Positions 9,479 through 17,931 of a stretch of DNA of 64,000 bases are shown one piece after another. The stretch spans positions 23,226 to 87,225 of the forward strand of contig CADEDC010000002.1 of the NCBI GenBank assembly GCA_902825985.1, read 5' to 3'. This DNA is from an uncultured Acidobacteriota bacterium. Its GTDB lineage: Bacteria > Acidobacteriota > Vicinamibacteria > Vicinamibacterales > CAVVIG01. Position numbers and translations under genes: made by a program. The notes under the pieces are model-generated. The model was not told where the DNA came from and did no database searches. It saw only the letters and a list, made by a program, of their open reading frames with translations. The first letter of the stretch is position 1, and each line of letters opens with the position of its first letter.

Positions 9479-10207
9479 TCAGTCGGTGACGGTGCCGACC
9501 GCCGTCCGGCCGGCCTTCACGGCGACGGGACGTTCGATTTTGCGGACGTCGGCATAGACGGTCAGGGTGTAGTCACCCGGCGTGACGCCGGCGATCTCGA
9601 ACGCGCCGTCGGCGGCGGCCTGGGCGGCATACGGCGACCGCGACGCGACCACCACGGCAGACATGGCCGGGTGGATGTCACAGCCGACGTCGTAGAAGCC
9701 GTCGTTCAGGAACGTGTATTCGAAGGTCTGGCCGGTCGGCAGCGCAATGTTGAACGCCGACTCCTTCGTCTCGTCGTGACGGGTGCGGATGTTGTGCAGC
9801 ACGTCGTCGCTGTTGCGGAACTCGGCGACCTGACCGGTACGGACGAACAGCACGGCAGGCGTGAAGGTCTGCGACACCTGGTCCATGACCGGGACGGCGG
9901 CTGGCGGCGGGAAGTCCCGCGGCGTCGTCGGTTCGAGGATGACGATGGCCGGCAGGCCGCCGGCGGCGGCCGGAGCGGTGCCGCTGACGATGCCCTCGCC
10001 GCGCGCGGCCGCCGCATCTGCGGCGCTGTCGGCGGCGGGAAGCGGGTCGGACGGCGCCTCGCCGGCACAGCCGGCGAGCCCGACCATCAGAGCAGCAGTC
10101 GTCGCGGCACGGCCCAGGCTGACGCGGCGCGCGTATCGCTGGAGGGACTGGAAAAAGAATGCAGGCACAATCCAGCAATTCTCCGCCAAAAGGCGGTCCG
10201 GGGACAA
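9479..10207 (-). CDS. Cupredoxin-like lipoprotein, tandem paralog of 8689..9459
   Basis: 242 aa. Lipobox LAGC. FRNSDDVLHNI and CDIHPAM (C-x2-H-x2-M). C-terminal AADGAFEIAGVTPGDYTLTVY. Collinear with its neighbour. Confidence 0.6.
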   Translation of the reverse strand: MSPDRLLAENCWIVPAFFFQSLQRYARRVSLGRAATTAALMVGLAGCAGEAPSDPLPAADSAADAAAARGEGIVSGTAPAAAGGLPAIVILEPTTPRDFPPPAAVPVMDQVSQTFTPAVLFVRTGQVAEFRNSDDVLHNIRTRHDETKESAFNIALPTGQTFEYTFLNDGFYDVGCDIHPAMSAVVVASRSPYAAQAAADGAFEIAGVTPGDYTLTVYADVRKIERPVAVKAGRTAVGTVTD

Positions 10208-10244
10208 CTGTCGACGCCGCAGCGGTCGTGGACCGGCGATCGCT

Positions 10245-10625
10245 TCAGGGCGCGAGCAGGGCGCGGACGGTCTCGAGAAAGCGCTTCGTCGTGAACGGCT
10301 TGCCGATGAACTGCGCGGCGGCGACCGCGTCGTGCGCCAGACGGTCCAGCGACGGATCGCCGGACATCAGCAGGATCGCGAGGCCGGGATGGCCGGCGGC
10401 GAGTCGGCGAGCGAGTTCCGGGCCGCTCACGCCGGGCAGACACACGTCGCAGACGAGCAGGGCGACCGCCGACGTCTGCGTCTCGACGATCGACTCTGCC
10501 TCCTCCGCCGACGCCGCGGTCACCACGTCGTAGCCGTTGGTCTGCAGCACCCGTGCCAGCAGGTCGCGCACCGTCTGGTCGTCGTCGATCAGCAGGATCG
10601 TCATGACGGGGTGCGTCCCGCGCAT
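10245..10625 (-). CDS. Single-domain response regulator (CheY-like receiver)
   Basis: 126 aa. ILLIDDDQTVRD...LLVCDVCLPGVSG...LLMSG...GKP. The true start may instead be the Met at 10604 (MTILLIDDD). Confidence 0.85.
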   Translation of the reverse strand: MRGTHPVMTILLIDDDQTVRDLLARVLQTNGYDVVTAASAEEAESIVETQTSAVALLVCDVCLPGVSGPELARRLAAGHPGLAILLMSGDPSLDRLAHDAVAAAQFIGKPFTTKRFLETVRALLAP

Positions 10626-10656
10626 CGCCCCTGGAGCAGCCTGGACAACGGCCGCC

Positions 10657-11106
10657 CTATTGCGGGCGCAGTAAGGTCACGATGACCGGCTCTTCGTCGG
10701 ATTCGAAGGCCTGTCGGGCGACGACCTGCGTTCCCGACATCCGCACATGGTAATCGCGCCCCTCGATCACGGTCGGCAGCGACAGGTAACAACCATCATC
10801 CGAGAACAGGGCCTTGAGGTTGCCTCCGATCATGTTCGCGAGCTCGCCGACGGCATCCTGGACGTCCTGCGGATTGTCGTCCTCCTCTTCGAGACCGAAC
10901 ATGACCTGGGCGGCGCGTCGTGCAGCCGTGCGCGAGCACTGGAAGACCAGGGTGCCGGTCCAGCGTCCCGTGATGTGCACGTGCCCCTCGATCGTGCCGC
11001 CGGTCGGCGCCGGCGGCACCGCCGGGCTCGGGTGTAACGGCAGTCCGAGCGTCTGCGACCACACCGCCTCGCTCAACTCCGTGACGTAGCGTTCCATCTC
11101 TTCCAT
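10657..11106 (-). CDS. cheX: CheX-type CheY-P phosphatase (CheC/CheX/FliY family)
   Basis: 149 aa. Carries the CXY active-site motif D-x3-E-x2-N (DAVGELAN) followed by ...LSLP. Sits inside the che operon. Confidence 0.8.
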   Translation of the reverse strand: MEEMERYVTELSEAVWSQTLGLPLHPSPAVPPAPTGGTIEGHVHITGRWTGTLVFQCSRTAARRAAQVMFGLEEEDDNPQDVQDAVGELANMIGGNLKALFSDDGCYLSLPTVIEGRDYHVRMSGTQVVARQAFESDEEPVIVTLLRPQ

Positions 11107-11120
11107 GTCGTCCTCTCAGC

Positions 11121-11948
11121 TTACGTCCTGGTCCCGGTCCCGGTTGGCAGATAGCAGCCGGCGCGATTCACCGGCATGCGCACGTACCGTTCGTCGAGAT
11201 TCATCGTCGATTCGGCAGCGCCCAGGAACAGATAGCCGTCGGGACGCAGCAGGTCGTAGATCTTGCCGAGGATGCGCTGCTTGGCCGCCACGTCGAAGTA
11301 GATCATCACGTTGCGGATGAACACGATGTCGCACTGCGGGATGCGCGACCAGGCGCCGTTCAGGTTCATCTCGTGGAAGGTCACCATCGATCGGATGTCG
11401 TCCTTCAGCTGCCACTCGAGTCCCTGCTTGTCGAAATAGCGGAGCAACAGCTTCGCCGGCATGCCGCGGTTGACCTCGAGCTGCGAGTAGCGGCCGGCGC
11501 GCGCCCGGTCCAGCGCCTTTCGGCAGATGTCGGTGGCGACCTGCTCGATCCGCCAGTCCTTGAGCTCGGGGAAGTGTTCGCGGAGGAGGATTGAGACCGA
11601 GTACGGCTCCTGCCCGGTCGAACTGGCGGCATACCAGATGGTCAGCCGCTTCGACAGCCGCCGGGCGTTGATCAACTTCGGCAGCAGGTCGGTGCGCAGC
11701 AGCTCGAACGGATCGATGTCGCGGAAGAACGTCGTCTCGTTCGTGGTCATCGCGTCGACGACCTTGCGGTGCAGCTCGGTCTGCCGGCTGCCCCGCAGCG
11801 TCTGCACGAGTGCGTCGATGGAGGCCAGGCCTTCACTGCGCACGATGGGTGCGAGCCGCGACTCGACGAGGTATTCCTTGCCGGCTTCGATGACGATGCC
11901 CGCTTCGTTCCGAACGAATTCGCGGACGAATTCGAATGAGGTGTCCAT
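11121..11948 (-). CDS. cheR: Chemotaxis protein methyltransferase CheR
   Basis: 275 aa. TNETTFFRD, IWYAASSTGQEPYS and IFIRNVMIYFD are canonical CheR motifs. Confidence 0.95.
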   Translation of the reverse strand: MDTSFEFVREFVRNEAGIVIEAGKEYLVESRLAPIVRSEGLASIDALVQTLRGSRQTELHRKVVDAMTTNETTFFRDIDPFELLRTDLLPKLINARRLSKRLTIWYAASSTGQEPYSVSILLREHFPELKDWRIEQVATDICRKALDRARAGRYSQLEVNRGMPAKLLLRYFDKQGLEWQLKDDIRSMVTFHEMNLNGAWSRIPQCDIVFIRNVMIYFDVAAKQRILGKIYDLLRPDGYLFLGAAESTMNLDERYVRMPVNRAGCYLPTGTGTRT

Positions 11949-11963
11949 GTAATCCGTTCCCGT

Positions 11964-13103
11964 TTATCGCGCAACGCCCGCAGGCGATCCTGCGGGGCGT
12001 GCGCACCTGCGCATCAACTCGGTGGCGATGTCGGAGAGTGGCAGCACGCGCTCCGCGAGTCCGGCGCGGGCAACGAAGCCCGGCATCCCCCAGACGACGC
12101 TCGAGGCTTCGTCCTGGACGATCACCCGCCCGCCCGCCGCCCGGATGTCTTCGGCACCGCGCAGGCCGTCCTGGCCCATCCCGGTGAGGACCACGGCGAG
12201 CGCCCGGGCGCCGTAGATCTGGCTGACCGATCGGAACAGCGGATCGACGGCCGGCCGGCACGAGTTCTCGGGCGGCTGCTGGTTCAGGGCCGTGACGATC
12301 TGCGTGCCGCGCCGCTGCAACACGAGATGGTGGTTGCCGGGCGCGACGTAGACGACGCCGGGCGCCAGCACTTCGCCGCCGGCCGCCTCGACGACGGTCA
12401 GGGCCGACTGCGCGTTCAGGCGTTCGGCCAGCAGCCGCGTGAACATCGGCGGCATGTGCTGTACGAGCACGATCGGAACCGCCAGCGTGGCGGCCAGTTG
12501 CGGCAGCACCACCGCGAGGGCGTTCGGCCCGCCGGTCGAAACGCCGATGGCGATGATCTCGACGGATTGGCTGCCGGCGGGCGGCGGACCGGCGGCGGCG
12601 TCTCGCCTGACGACGGCAGACGGCGGCGGCACCGGCCGCACCGTGGCGGACGGGCGCGCCGCATCGGTGGCAGGCGACGGGCTGGTGCCCAGAACGCCAC
12701 GACACAGCGCCTTCACCTTCGGGATCAGCTCCTCGCGGATCCGCTGCTGCGCGAGCGCGACGCTGCCGACGTTCGCCGGCTTGGTGACGTAGTCCGAGGC
12801 GCCGAGCGACAGCGCCTCGAGCGTCTCGGCGGCGCCGCGTTCGGTCAGCGTGCTGAACATGATGACCGGCAGGTTCGGATGGGTCTGCCGGAGCGCGCGC
12901 AGCGTCTCGAGGCCGTTCAACTCCGGCATCTCGACATCGAGCGTCACGACGTCGGGGTTGACCTGAGTGAGCTTCTGCAGGCCGATGCGGCCATTCGCGG
13001 CCGTGCCGACGACCTCGATGTCGGGGTCCTCCGACAGGACGTCGCTGACCATGCGACGGACGACCACGGCGTCGTCGACGACCAGAGCACGAATCTTCTT
13101 CAT
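11964..13103 (-). CDS. cheB: Chemotaxis response regulator protein-glutamate methylesterase CheB
   Basis: 379 aa. N-terminal receiver (ALVVDDAVVVRR...VTLDVEMPELNG), a Pro/Ala linker, and an esterase domain (IAIGVSTGGP, VQHMPP, TGMGQDG). Confidence 0.95.
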   Translation of the reverse strand: MKKIRALVVDDAVVVRRMVSDVLSEDPDIEVVGTAANGRIGLQKLTQVNPDVVTLDVEMPELNGLETLRALRQTHPNLPVIMFSTLTERGAAETLEALSLGASDYVTKPANVGSVALAQQRIREELIPKVKALCRGVLGTSPSPATDAARPSATVRPVPPPSAVVRRDAAAGPPPAGSQSVEIIAIGVSTGGPNALAVVLPQLAATLAVPIVLVQHMPPMFTRLLAERLNAQSALTVVEAAGGEVLAPGVVYVAPGNHHLVLQRRGTQIVTALNQQPPENSCRPAVDPLFRSVSQIYGARALAVVLTGMGQDGLRGAEDIRAAGGRVIVQDEASSVVWGMPGFVARAGLAERVLPLSDIATELMRRCARPAGSPAGVAR

Positions 13104-13134
13104 CGCATACCCATACGCACGGCCACCGCCACGG

Positions 13135-13500
13135 TCAGAATCCGAGGAGCCTGAGCTTGTCGGCGATCACGTCCTTCGTGAATGGCTTCATCACGTACTC
13201 GTTGGCGCCGGCGTCGAGAGCGCGCTGCATGTGTGCCATCTCGGTTTCCGTGGTCACCATCATCAGCCGGACGTCGGCGAGCGCCGCCTCGCGGCGGACC
13301 GCCTCGACCATCTCGATGCCGGTCATTTCCGGCATGTTCCAGTCCACGAGCGCCAGGCTGGTGTCAGGATGGCTCTGCAGGTAGGCGAGCCCCTCCTTGC
13401 CGTGCTGCGCCTGCGCGACTTCCGCGAACCCGTGCTCGCGCAGGGCCTGCGACAGGATCGACCGCATCGCGCGCGAATCATCGACAACCAGTGCCTTCAT
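13135..13500 (-). CDS. cheY: Chemotaxis response regulator CheY
   Basis: 121 aa. ALVVDDSRAMR...LVDWNMPEMTG...MVTTE...YVMKPF. Confidence 0.95.
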   Translation of the reverse strand: MKALVVDDSRAMRSILSQALREHGFAEVAQAQHGKEGLAYLQSHPDTSLALVDWNMPEMTGIEMVEAVRREAALADVRLMMVTTETEMAHMQRALDAGANEYVMKPFTKDVIADKLRLLGF

Positions 13501-13512
13501 CTTGTCCTCTCG

Positions 13513-14760
13513 TCAACCGTGAGTGCCGATCGGCGCTGTCGGCCCGCCCCGCCGCCCGCCGGCCCATTCCCGCAACTCGGCGGCGTGCCCCTTCAGCCAG
13601 CCGCCCGTCCACTTCCCGATCAGCCGCTCGACATCGTCCTCGGCGCCGGGATAGCCACGCGCGACCAGGTCGGCCGCCAGTCCGCGCCGGGCGGCGGCGC
13701 CGCCGGCGAACAGCGTCTGCAACAACCCTTCAATCGGCCGCTGCGCCATCCACTGGTGCCAGTCGGCCATCTCCTGGTCGACGAGCCGCAGCACGGCGGG
13801 CACCGCACGCTCACGGCGGGACAGGGCCTCGTCCTGTCGGGTGACCAGGTCGTCGACGGTCACGCAGGGCATGCCGGCCGGCGGCTCGATGTTGCGCGGC
13901 ACGCCGGCGTCGATCAGCAGCGGCTGCCGGCCCGCGAGGCCTTCACCCCGAACAATCGGCAGGCGGGCCGACGTCGCACAGACGACGACGTCCGCCCGCT
14001 GCAATGCCTCGTCCAACCGGTCCCACTCGCCGGTCGCCGCCCCGCACATCCGGGCCAGGGCCGCCGCCCGCTCGCCGGTCCGATTCACTACCGTCAGCGT
14101 GCCGATGCGCCGTTTCGTGATCTGCCGGGCAATGTCGCGCGCCGTGGCGCCGGCGCCGACGAGCAGCGTCGCCGGGCTGCCGCTGACCCGCTCGTGGATG
14201 ACGGTCGCAATCACGGCGCCGAGGCTCGCCTCGCCGCGGCCGATGTCGGTCGTCCGGCGCGCCCGGTGCCCGATCTTGAACGCCTGCTGGAACGACCGGC
14301 TGAGCACGGCGCCGAGCGTGCCGGCGGCGCTGGCCAGCTGCAGGGCCTCCTTCATCTGGCGGACGATGAATCCGTCGCCGAGGATGAGCGAGGCGGTGCC
14401 GGTGGCCACCCGGAACAGGTGGCGTACGGCGTCGTCGTCGATCGCCCGCCGCAGCCGGCACTGCGGCGAGTGCGGTCCGACACCCGGCCGATCCGCCCTG
14501 ACGACGTCCAGTACCGCATCGGCGGCGGCAAGGCTGCCGACGACGTAGAACTCGGTGCGATTGCAGGTGGAGACGATCGCCGCCTCCTGGAGGCCCGGGA
14601 TCCAGCGCGCCCGCTCGAGCAGTCCGCGCGCCTGGGACGCGTCGTAGCTGAGGCGCTCGCGCTCGGCGAGCGACGCCCACGAATAGTCGACGCCGAACAG
14701 GACGACATGCGCGTCCGGTCCGGCGAGCGGGCCGCGAACCGATGGGGAGAGGTGCACCAC
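13513..14760 (-). CDS. hemA: Glutamyl-tRNA reductase (heme/tetrapyrrole biosynthesis), embedded in the che operon
   Basis: 415 aa with a GTG start. Catalytic-Cys motif STCNRTEFY, NADPH-binding LLVGAGATARDIA, and the N-terminal pattern ERERLS typical of HemA. Lies 12 nt upstream of cheY and 50 nt downstream of the globin-MCP gene. Confidence 0.85.
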   Translation of the reverse strand: MVHLSPSVRGPLAGPDAHVVLFGVDYSWASLAERERLSYDASQARGLLERARWIPGLQEAAIVSTCNRTEFYVVGSLAAADAVLDVVRADRPGVGPHSPQCRLRRAIDDDAVRHLFRVATGTASLILGDGFIVRQMKEALQLASAAGTLGAVLSRSFQQAFKIGHRARRTTDIGRGEASLGAVIATVIHERVSGSPATLLVGAGATARDIARQITKRRIGTLTVVNRTGERAAALARMCGAATGEWDRLDEALQRADVVVCATSARLPIVRGEGLAGRQPLLIDAGVPRNIEPPAGMPCVTVDDLVTRQDEALSRRERAVPAVLRLVDQEMADWHQWMAQRPIEGLLQTLFAGGAAARRGLAADLVARGYPGAEDDVERLIGKWTGGWLKGHAAELREWAGGRRGGPTAPIGTHG

Positions 14761-14772
14761 GATGGTTGCATC

Positions 14773-14802
14773 CCGGGATGCCCGGCCCCCCGGACATCCC
14801 GG
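14773..14802 (-). promoter_or_regulatory. GC-rich intercistronic stem-loop between the globin-MCP gene and hemA
   Basis: CCGGGATG (14773-14780) pairs with CATCCCGG (14795-14802), giving 8 bp. An inner CCGG/CCGG 4-bp stem (14782-85/14790-93) adds to it. CATCCCGG also occurs as a direct copy at 14769-14776. No U-tract follows. Confidence 0.35.
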
Positions 14803-14810
14803 TGTGACGG

Positions 14811-17420
14811 TTAGTAGGTGAACCGGGCGATGAGCGACTGCAGCTCGTTCGCCATCTTGGACAGCTGGGCCGCGGCCTTCTGCGTGTCGTTCGCGCCGTC
14901 GGTGGTGCTGCGCGCCGCCTGCGCCACGCCGGTGATGTTCTGGGCGATCTCGGAACTGCCCTTTGCCGCTTCGGTGACGTTGCGGCCGATCTCGTTGGTG
15001 GTCGCGGTCTGTTCCTCCACCGCGCTCGCGATGGTGTTCGAGATGTCGTTGATCTGGTTGATGATGGCGCTGATCTGGCCAATCGCCTCGACGGCGCCCT
15101 TCGTGTCGGTCTGAATCGCCTCGATCTTCTGGCTGATGTCCTCGGTCGCCTTGGCCGTCTCCTTGGCCAGTTCCTTGACCTCGTTGGCGACGACCGCGAA
15201 CCCCTTGCCGGCTTCGCCGGCGCGGGCCGCCTCGATCGTGGCGTTCAGCGCCAGCAGGTTCGTCTGCTGCGCGATGGAGGTGATCACCTTGATGACCTTG
15301 CCAATCTCGGCCGAGCTCTCGCCCAGTTTGGCAACCGTGCTATTGGTGCTCTCGGCCACCTTGACCGCCGCGGTCGCGACCTTCGCCGCTTCGTTCGCGT
15401 TCTTGGCGATCTCCTTGATGGAGGCGCTCATCTCCTCGGTCCCGGTGGCGACCGTCTGGACGTTCTTGCTGACCTCCTCCGAAGCAGCCGACACGACGTT
15501 GGCCTGGGCCGACGTCTCTTCGGCATTGGCGCCCATCTGCGTGCTGACGGCCGACAGCTCTTCGGACGAGCTCGCGAGGGCGTTGGCGTTCTCGCCAATC
15601 GCCGAGATGCTGCGGCGCAGGTCCGTCAGGAAGGTCCCCAGGCCGGTCGCCATCTGGCCGACGGCATCGTCGCCGCTGATCGTCATCGTCTGCGTCAGGT
15701 CACCCTTGGTCGCGGCGTTGACGACGCCGAGGATGGCGTCGACCTTGCGCTTCAGCTCGGCCGTCGCCTGGCGTTCACGCTCGGCGGCGTCGGCGACCTG
15801 ATGCTCCTGCTCCATCTTGGCGCGCACCTTGTCCGTGATGTCGACGGCGTACTTGGCGACCTTGTAGGGACGTCCGTTCGCATCGAGCACCGGATTGTAC
15901 GAGGCCTGGATCCACACCTCGCGTCCGCCCTTGCCGAGGCGCTTGTAGTCGGCGGCCTGGAACTCGCCGCGGTTCAGCGCCGCCCAGAAGTCGCGGTACT
16001 CGCTGCTCGTCTTGTACGACGGCTCGACGAACATGCTGTGGTGCTGCCCCTTGATTTCGTCGAGCGTGTAGCCGAGGGTCTTGCAGAAGTTCTCGTTCGC
16101 GTAGTTGATGGTACCGTCCATCGTGAACTCGATGACCGCCTGCGTCCGGCTGATCGCCGCCAGCTGCGCGGTGAAGTCGGCGTTGGTCGCCTCCAGGCGC
16201 AGCGTCTCGGTGACGACGTCCCAGTTGACCATGCCGCCCATGTAGGTGCCCTGGTCGTCATAGGTGGCCGACACGAGCAGGCTCAGCACCTCAGGCCCGA
16301 CCTTGATGTTGGCCTGGTGCGGCAGGTCCTTCGGGTCGCCGAGCAGGCGGCGCTGGTGCGACGGGTTCTTGTGGAAGACATCGATGGTCTGGCCGATCAT
16401 GTCGTCGACCTTGACCGGCAGGTACTGCTCCAGCGTCTTCAGGGTCTTCTTCGACGCCGGATTCATGTACTGAATCTTGAGATCGAGGTCGGCGAACATG
16501 ATGTTGCTCGGCGAATTCTCGGTCATCGACGTCACGCGCGCCATCTCGGTGCGCTGCCGCCGTTCGGCGGTGATGTCCGTCCAGTTGACGATGTAGCCGA
16601 GCAGCTGGCGCTGGCCGTCCTGAATCGCGTTGATGTGGGTGCGCAGCGTCACCTTGCCGAACGAGAACTCGGCGTCCCGCGGCAGCGTGCCGGGCGTCCG
16701 CAGGATCTTCTCGATGCGCGCCGGGTCGCGATGGAAGCGGTGGATGGAGCCGCCCAGCAGGTCGGCGACCGACACCCCGAACGCCTTCTTGATCTCGTCG
16801 GCGAATCCCGACGCCGTCTGCGCCGCCATCGGGTTGAGGTAGACGAGGTTCAGGTCCGTATCCGCAATGAACACGTTGGCCCGCAGCGAGTCGAGCGAGG
16901 CGCGCATGCCCTCGAGACTCTCCGTGATGACCGGTTCCTCGACCGCGGGCTGCGTCTGCGCCACGGCCACCTTCAAGCGACCATTCGACATGCCAATCTC
17001 CTTCTTCGAGCGGTGTCCGCCGGCAGGTGCCGGCGACACGGTGACGATATCGCCGGCCAGCGGGGCGACGGCCGCAATGACTTCGTTGACAATCGATCTC
17101 GGCACGCGCAGCTCGGCGAGCGCCGCCGCCAGGTGCCCGGCGGTGCGATCGAACTGCGCCCGGGTGATGCGCATGCCGGCGTGGGCGGACTTCATGTCCT
17201 TCCCCTTGTAGACACCGGGGCCGCCGAGGGCGGTGATGAAGAAGGCGTTCTGTCGCGCCTTCAGGTGCGCCATGTTCGTCCTGGCGAAGAACGGCGCGAG
17301 CTCGCCGTCGGCGAGGACCTTCTGGTAGAAGAGATCGACGGCGGCCTTGATGGCCGGTACGCCGCCGACGCGTTCGAAAAGGGTTGCGGACTGAACCGCC
17401 GCCGCCGACTGTCTCGCCAT
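14811..17420 (-). CDS. Soluble chemoreceptor: truncated hemoglobin (group I-like) + 3 PAS + HAMP-like + MCP signalling domain
   Basis: 869 aa with no TM segment. The N-terminus [70 protein letters not shown] is a trHb fold signature (B10 Tyr, proximal His). Three PAS-like repeats follow ([45 protein letters not shown]). The C-terminal hairpin tip reads [37 protein letters not shown]. Confidence 0.9.
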   Translation of the reverse strand: MARQSAAAVQSATLFERVGGVPAIKAAVDLFYQKVLADGELAPFFARTNMAHLKARQNAFFITALGGPGVYKGKDMKSAHAGMRITRAQFDRTAGHLAAALAELRVPRSIVNEVIAAVAPLAGDIVTVSPAPAGGHRSKKEIGMSNGRLKVAVAQTQPAVEEPVITESLEGMRASLDSLRANVFIADTDLNLVYLNPMAAQTASGFADEIKKAFGVSVADLLGGSIHRFHRDPARIEKILRTPGTLPRDAEFSFGKVTLRTHINAIQDGQRQLLGYIVNWTDITAERRQRTEMARVTSMTENSPSNIMFADLDLKIQYMNPASKKTLKTLEQYLPVKVDDMIGQTIDVFHKNPSHQRRLLGDPKDLPHQANIKVGPEVLSLLVSATYDDQGTYMGGMVNWDVVTETLRLEATNADFTAQLAAISRTQAVIEFTMDGTINYANENFCKTLGYTLDEIKGQHHSMFVEPSYKTSSEYRDFWAALNRGEFQAADYKRLGKGGREVWIQASYNPVLDANGRPYKVAKYAVDITDKVRAKMEQEHQVADAAERERQATAELKRKVDAILGVVNAATKGDLTQTMTISGDDAVGQMATGLGTFLTDLRRSISAIGENANALASSSEELSAVSTQMGANAEETSAQANVVSAASEEVSKNVQTVATGTEEMSASIKEIAKNANEAAKVATAAVKVAESTNSTVAKLGESSAEIGKVIKVITSIAQQTNLLALNATIEAARAGEAGKGFAVVANEVKELAKETAKATEDISQKIEAIQTDTKGAVEAIGQISAIINQINDISNTIASAVEEQTATTNEIGRNVTEAAKGSSEIAQNITGVAQAARSTTDGANDTQKAAAQLSKMANELQSLIARFTY

Positions 17421-17441
17421 GATGTTCTTCGATTCCTTCGC

Positions 17442-17915
17442 TTAGGCCGCGTCGACGTGACGGGCGTTGATATCCACCGTTCGCTCCACATCCAGGATGA
17501 GCAGGAGCCGGGCGGGCAGCTTGTACACGCCGGTCACGAGGCCATCCACTTTCGTTCGCACGGTCTCGGGCGCCTGCTCGAACTGCGCCGCGTTCACCTC
17601 GACCACATCGTCGATTTCGTCCACCAGCAGACTGACGGCACCGTCCGGCGTCCGGACGACGACGTTCATCGGCAACTCGCCGTCGGGCCGCGGCGTCAGG
17701 CCGAGCCGGGAGCGGAGGTCGAGCGCGGTCACGATCTGGCCGCGCAGGTTGATGAGCCCGCGGACGACGGCCGGCGCCAGCGGCACCGGCGTCATCTCCT
17801 GATGGCGGATGACCTCCTGCACGCTCAGGACCGCGATGCCGAAGTAGAGGCCGTCGAGAAAGAAGGTCGCGTACTGCGCGGTGCCGGAGTCTGCGGCTGT
17901 GGTTGTGGTTGTCAT
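17442..17915 (-). CDS. cheW: Chemotaxis coupling protein CheW
   Basis: 157 aa. YATFFLDGLYFGIAVLSVQEV...VRGLINLRGQIV is the typical CheW domain. Confidence 0.95.
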   Translation of the reverse strand: MTTTTTAADSGTAQYATFFLDGLYFGIAVLSVQEVIRHQEMTPVPLAPAVVRGLINLRGQIVTALDLRSRLGLTPRPDGELPMNVVVRTPDGAVSLLVDEIDDVVEVNAAQFEQAPETVRTKVDGLVTGVYKLPARLLLILDVERTVDINARHVDAA

Positions 17916-17931
17916 CTGGCTTCCTTGACGC

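Noticed and set aside
13513-14760. The possibility that the che-embedded hemA is a degenerate, non-catalytic paralog acting as a sensor.
   Set aside because: The catalytic Cys motif (TCNRTE), the NADPH-binding glycine motif and the full length (415 aa) are all intact. The simplest reading is a functional glutamyl-tRNA reductase.
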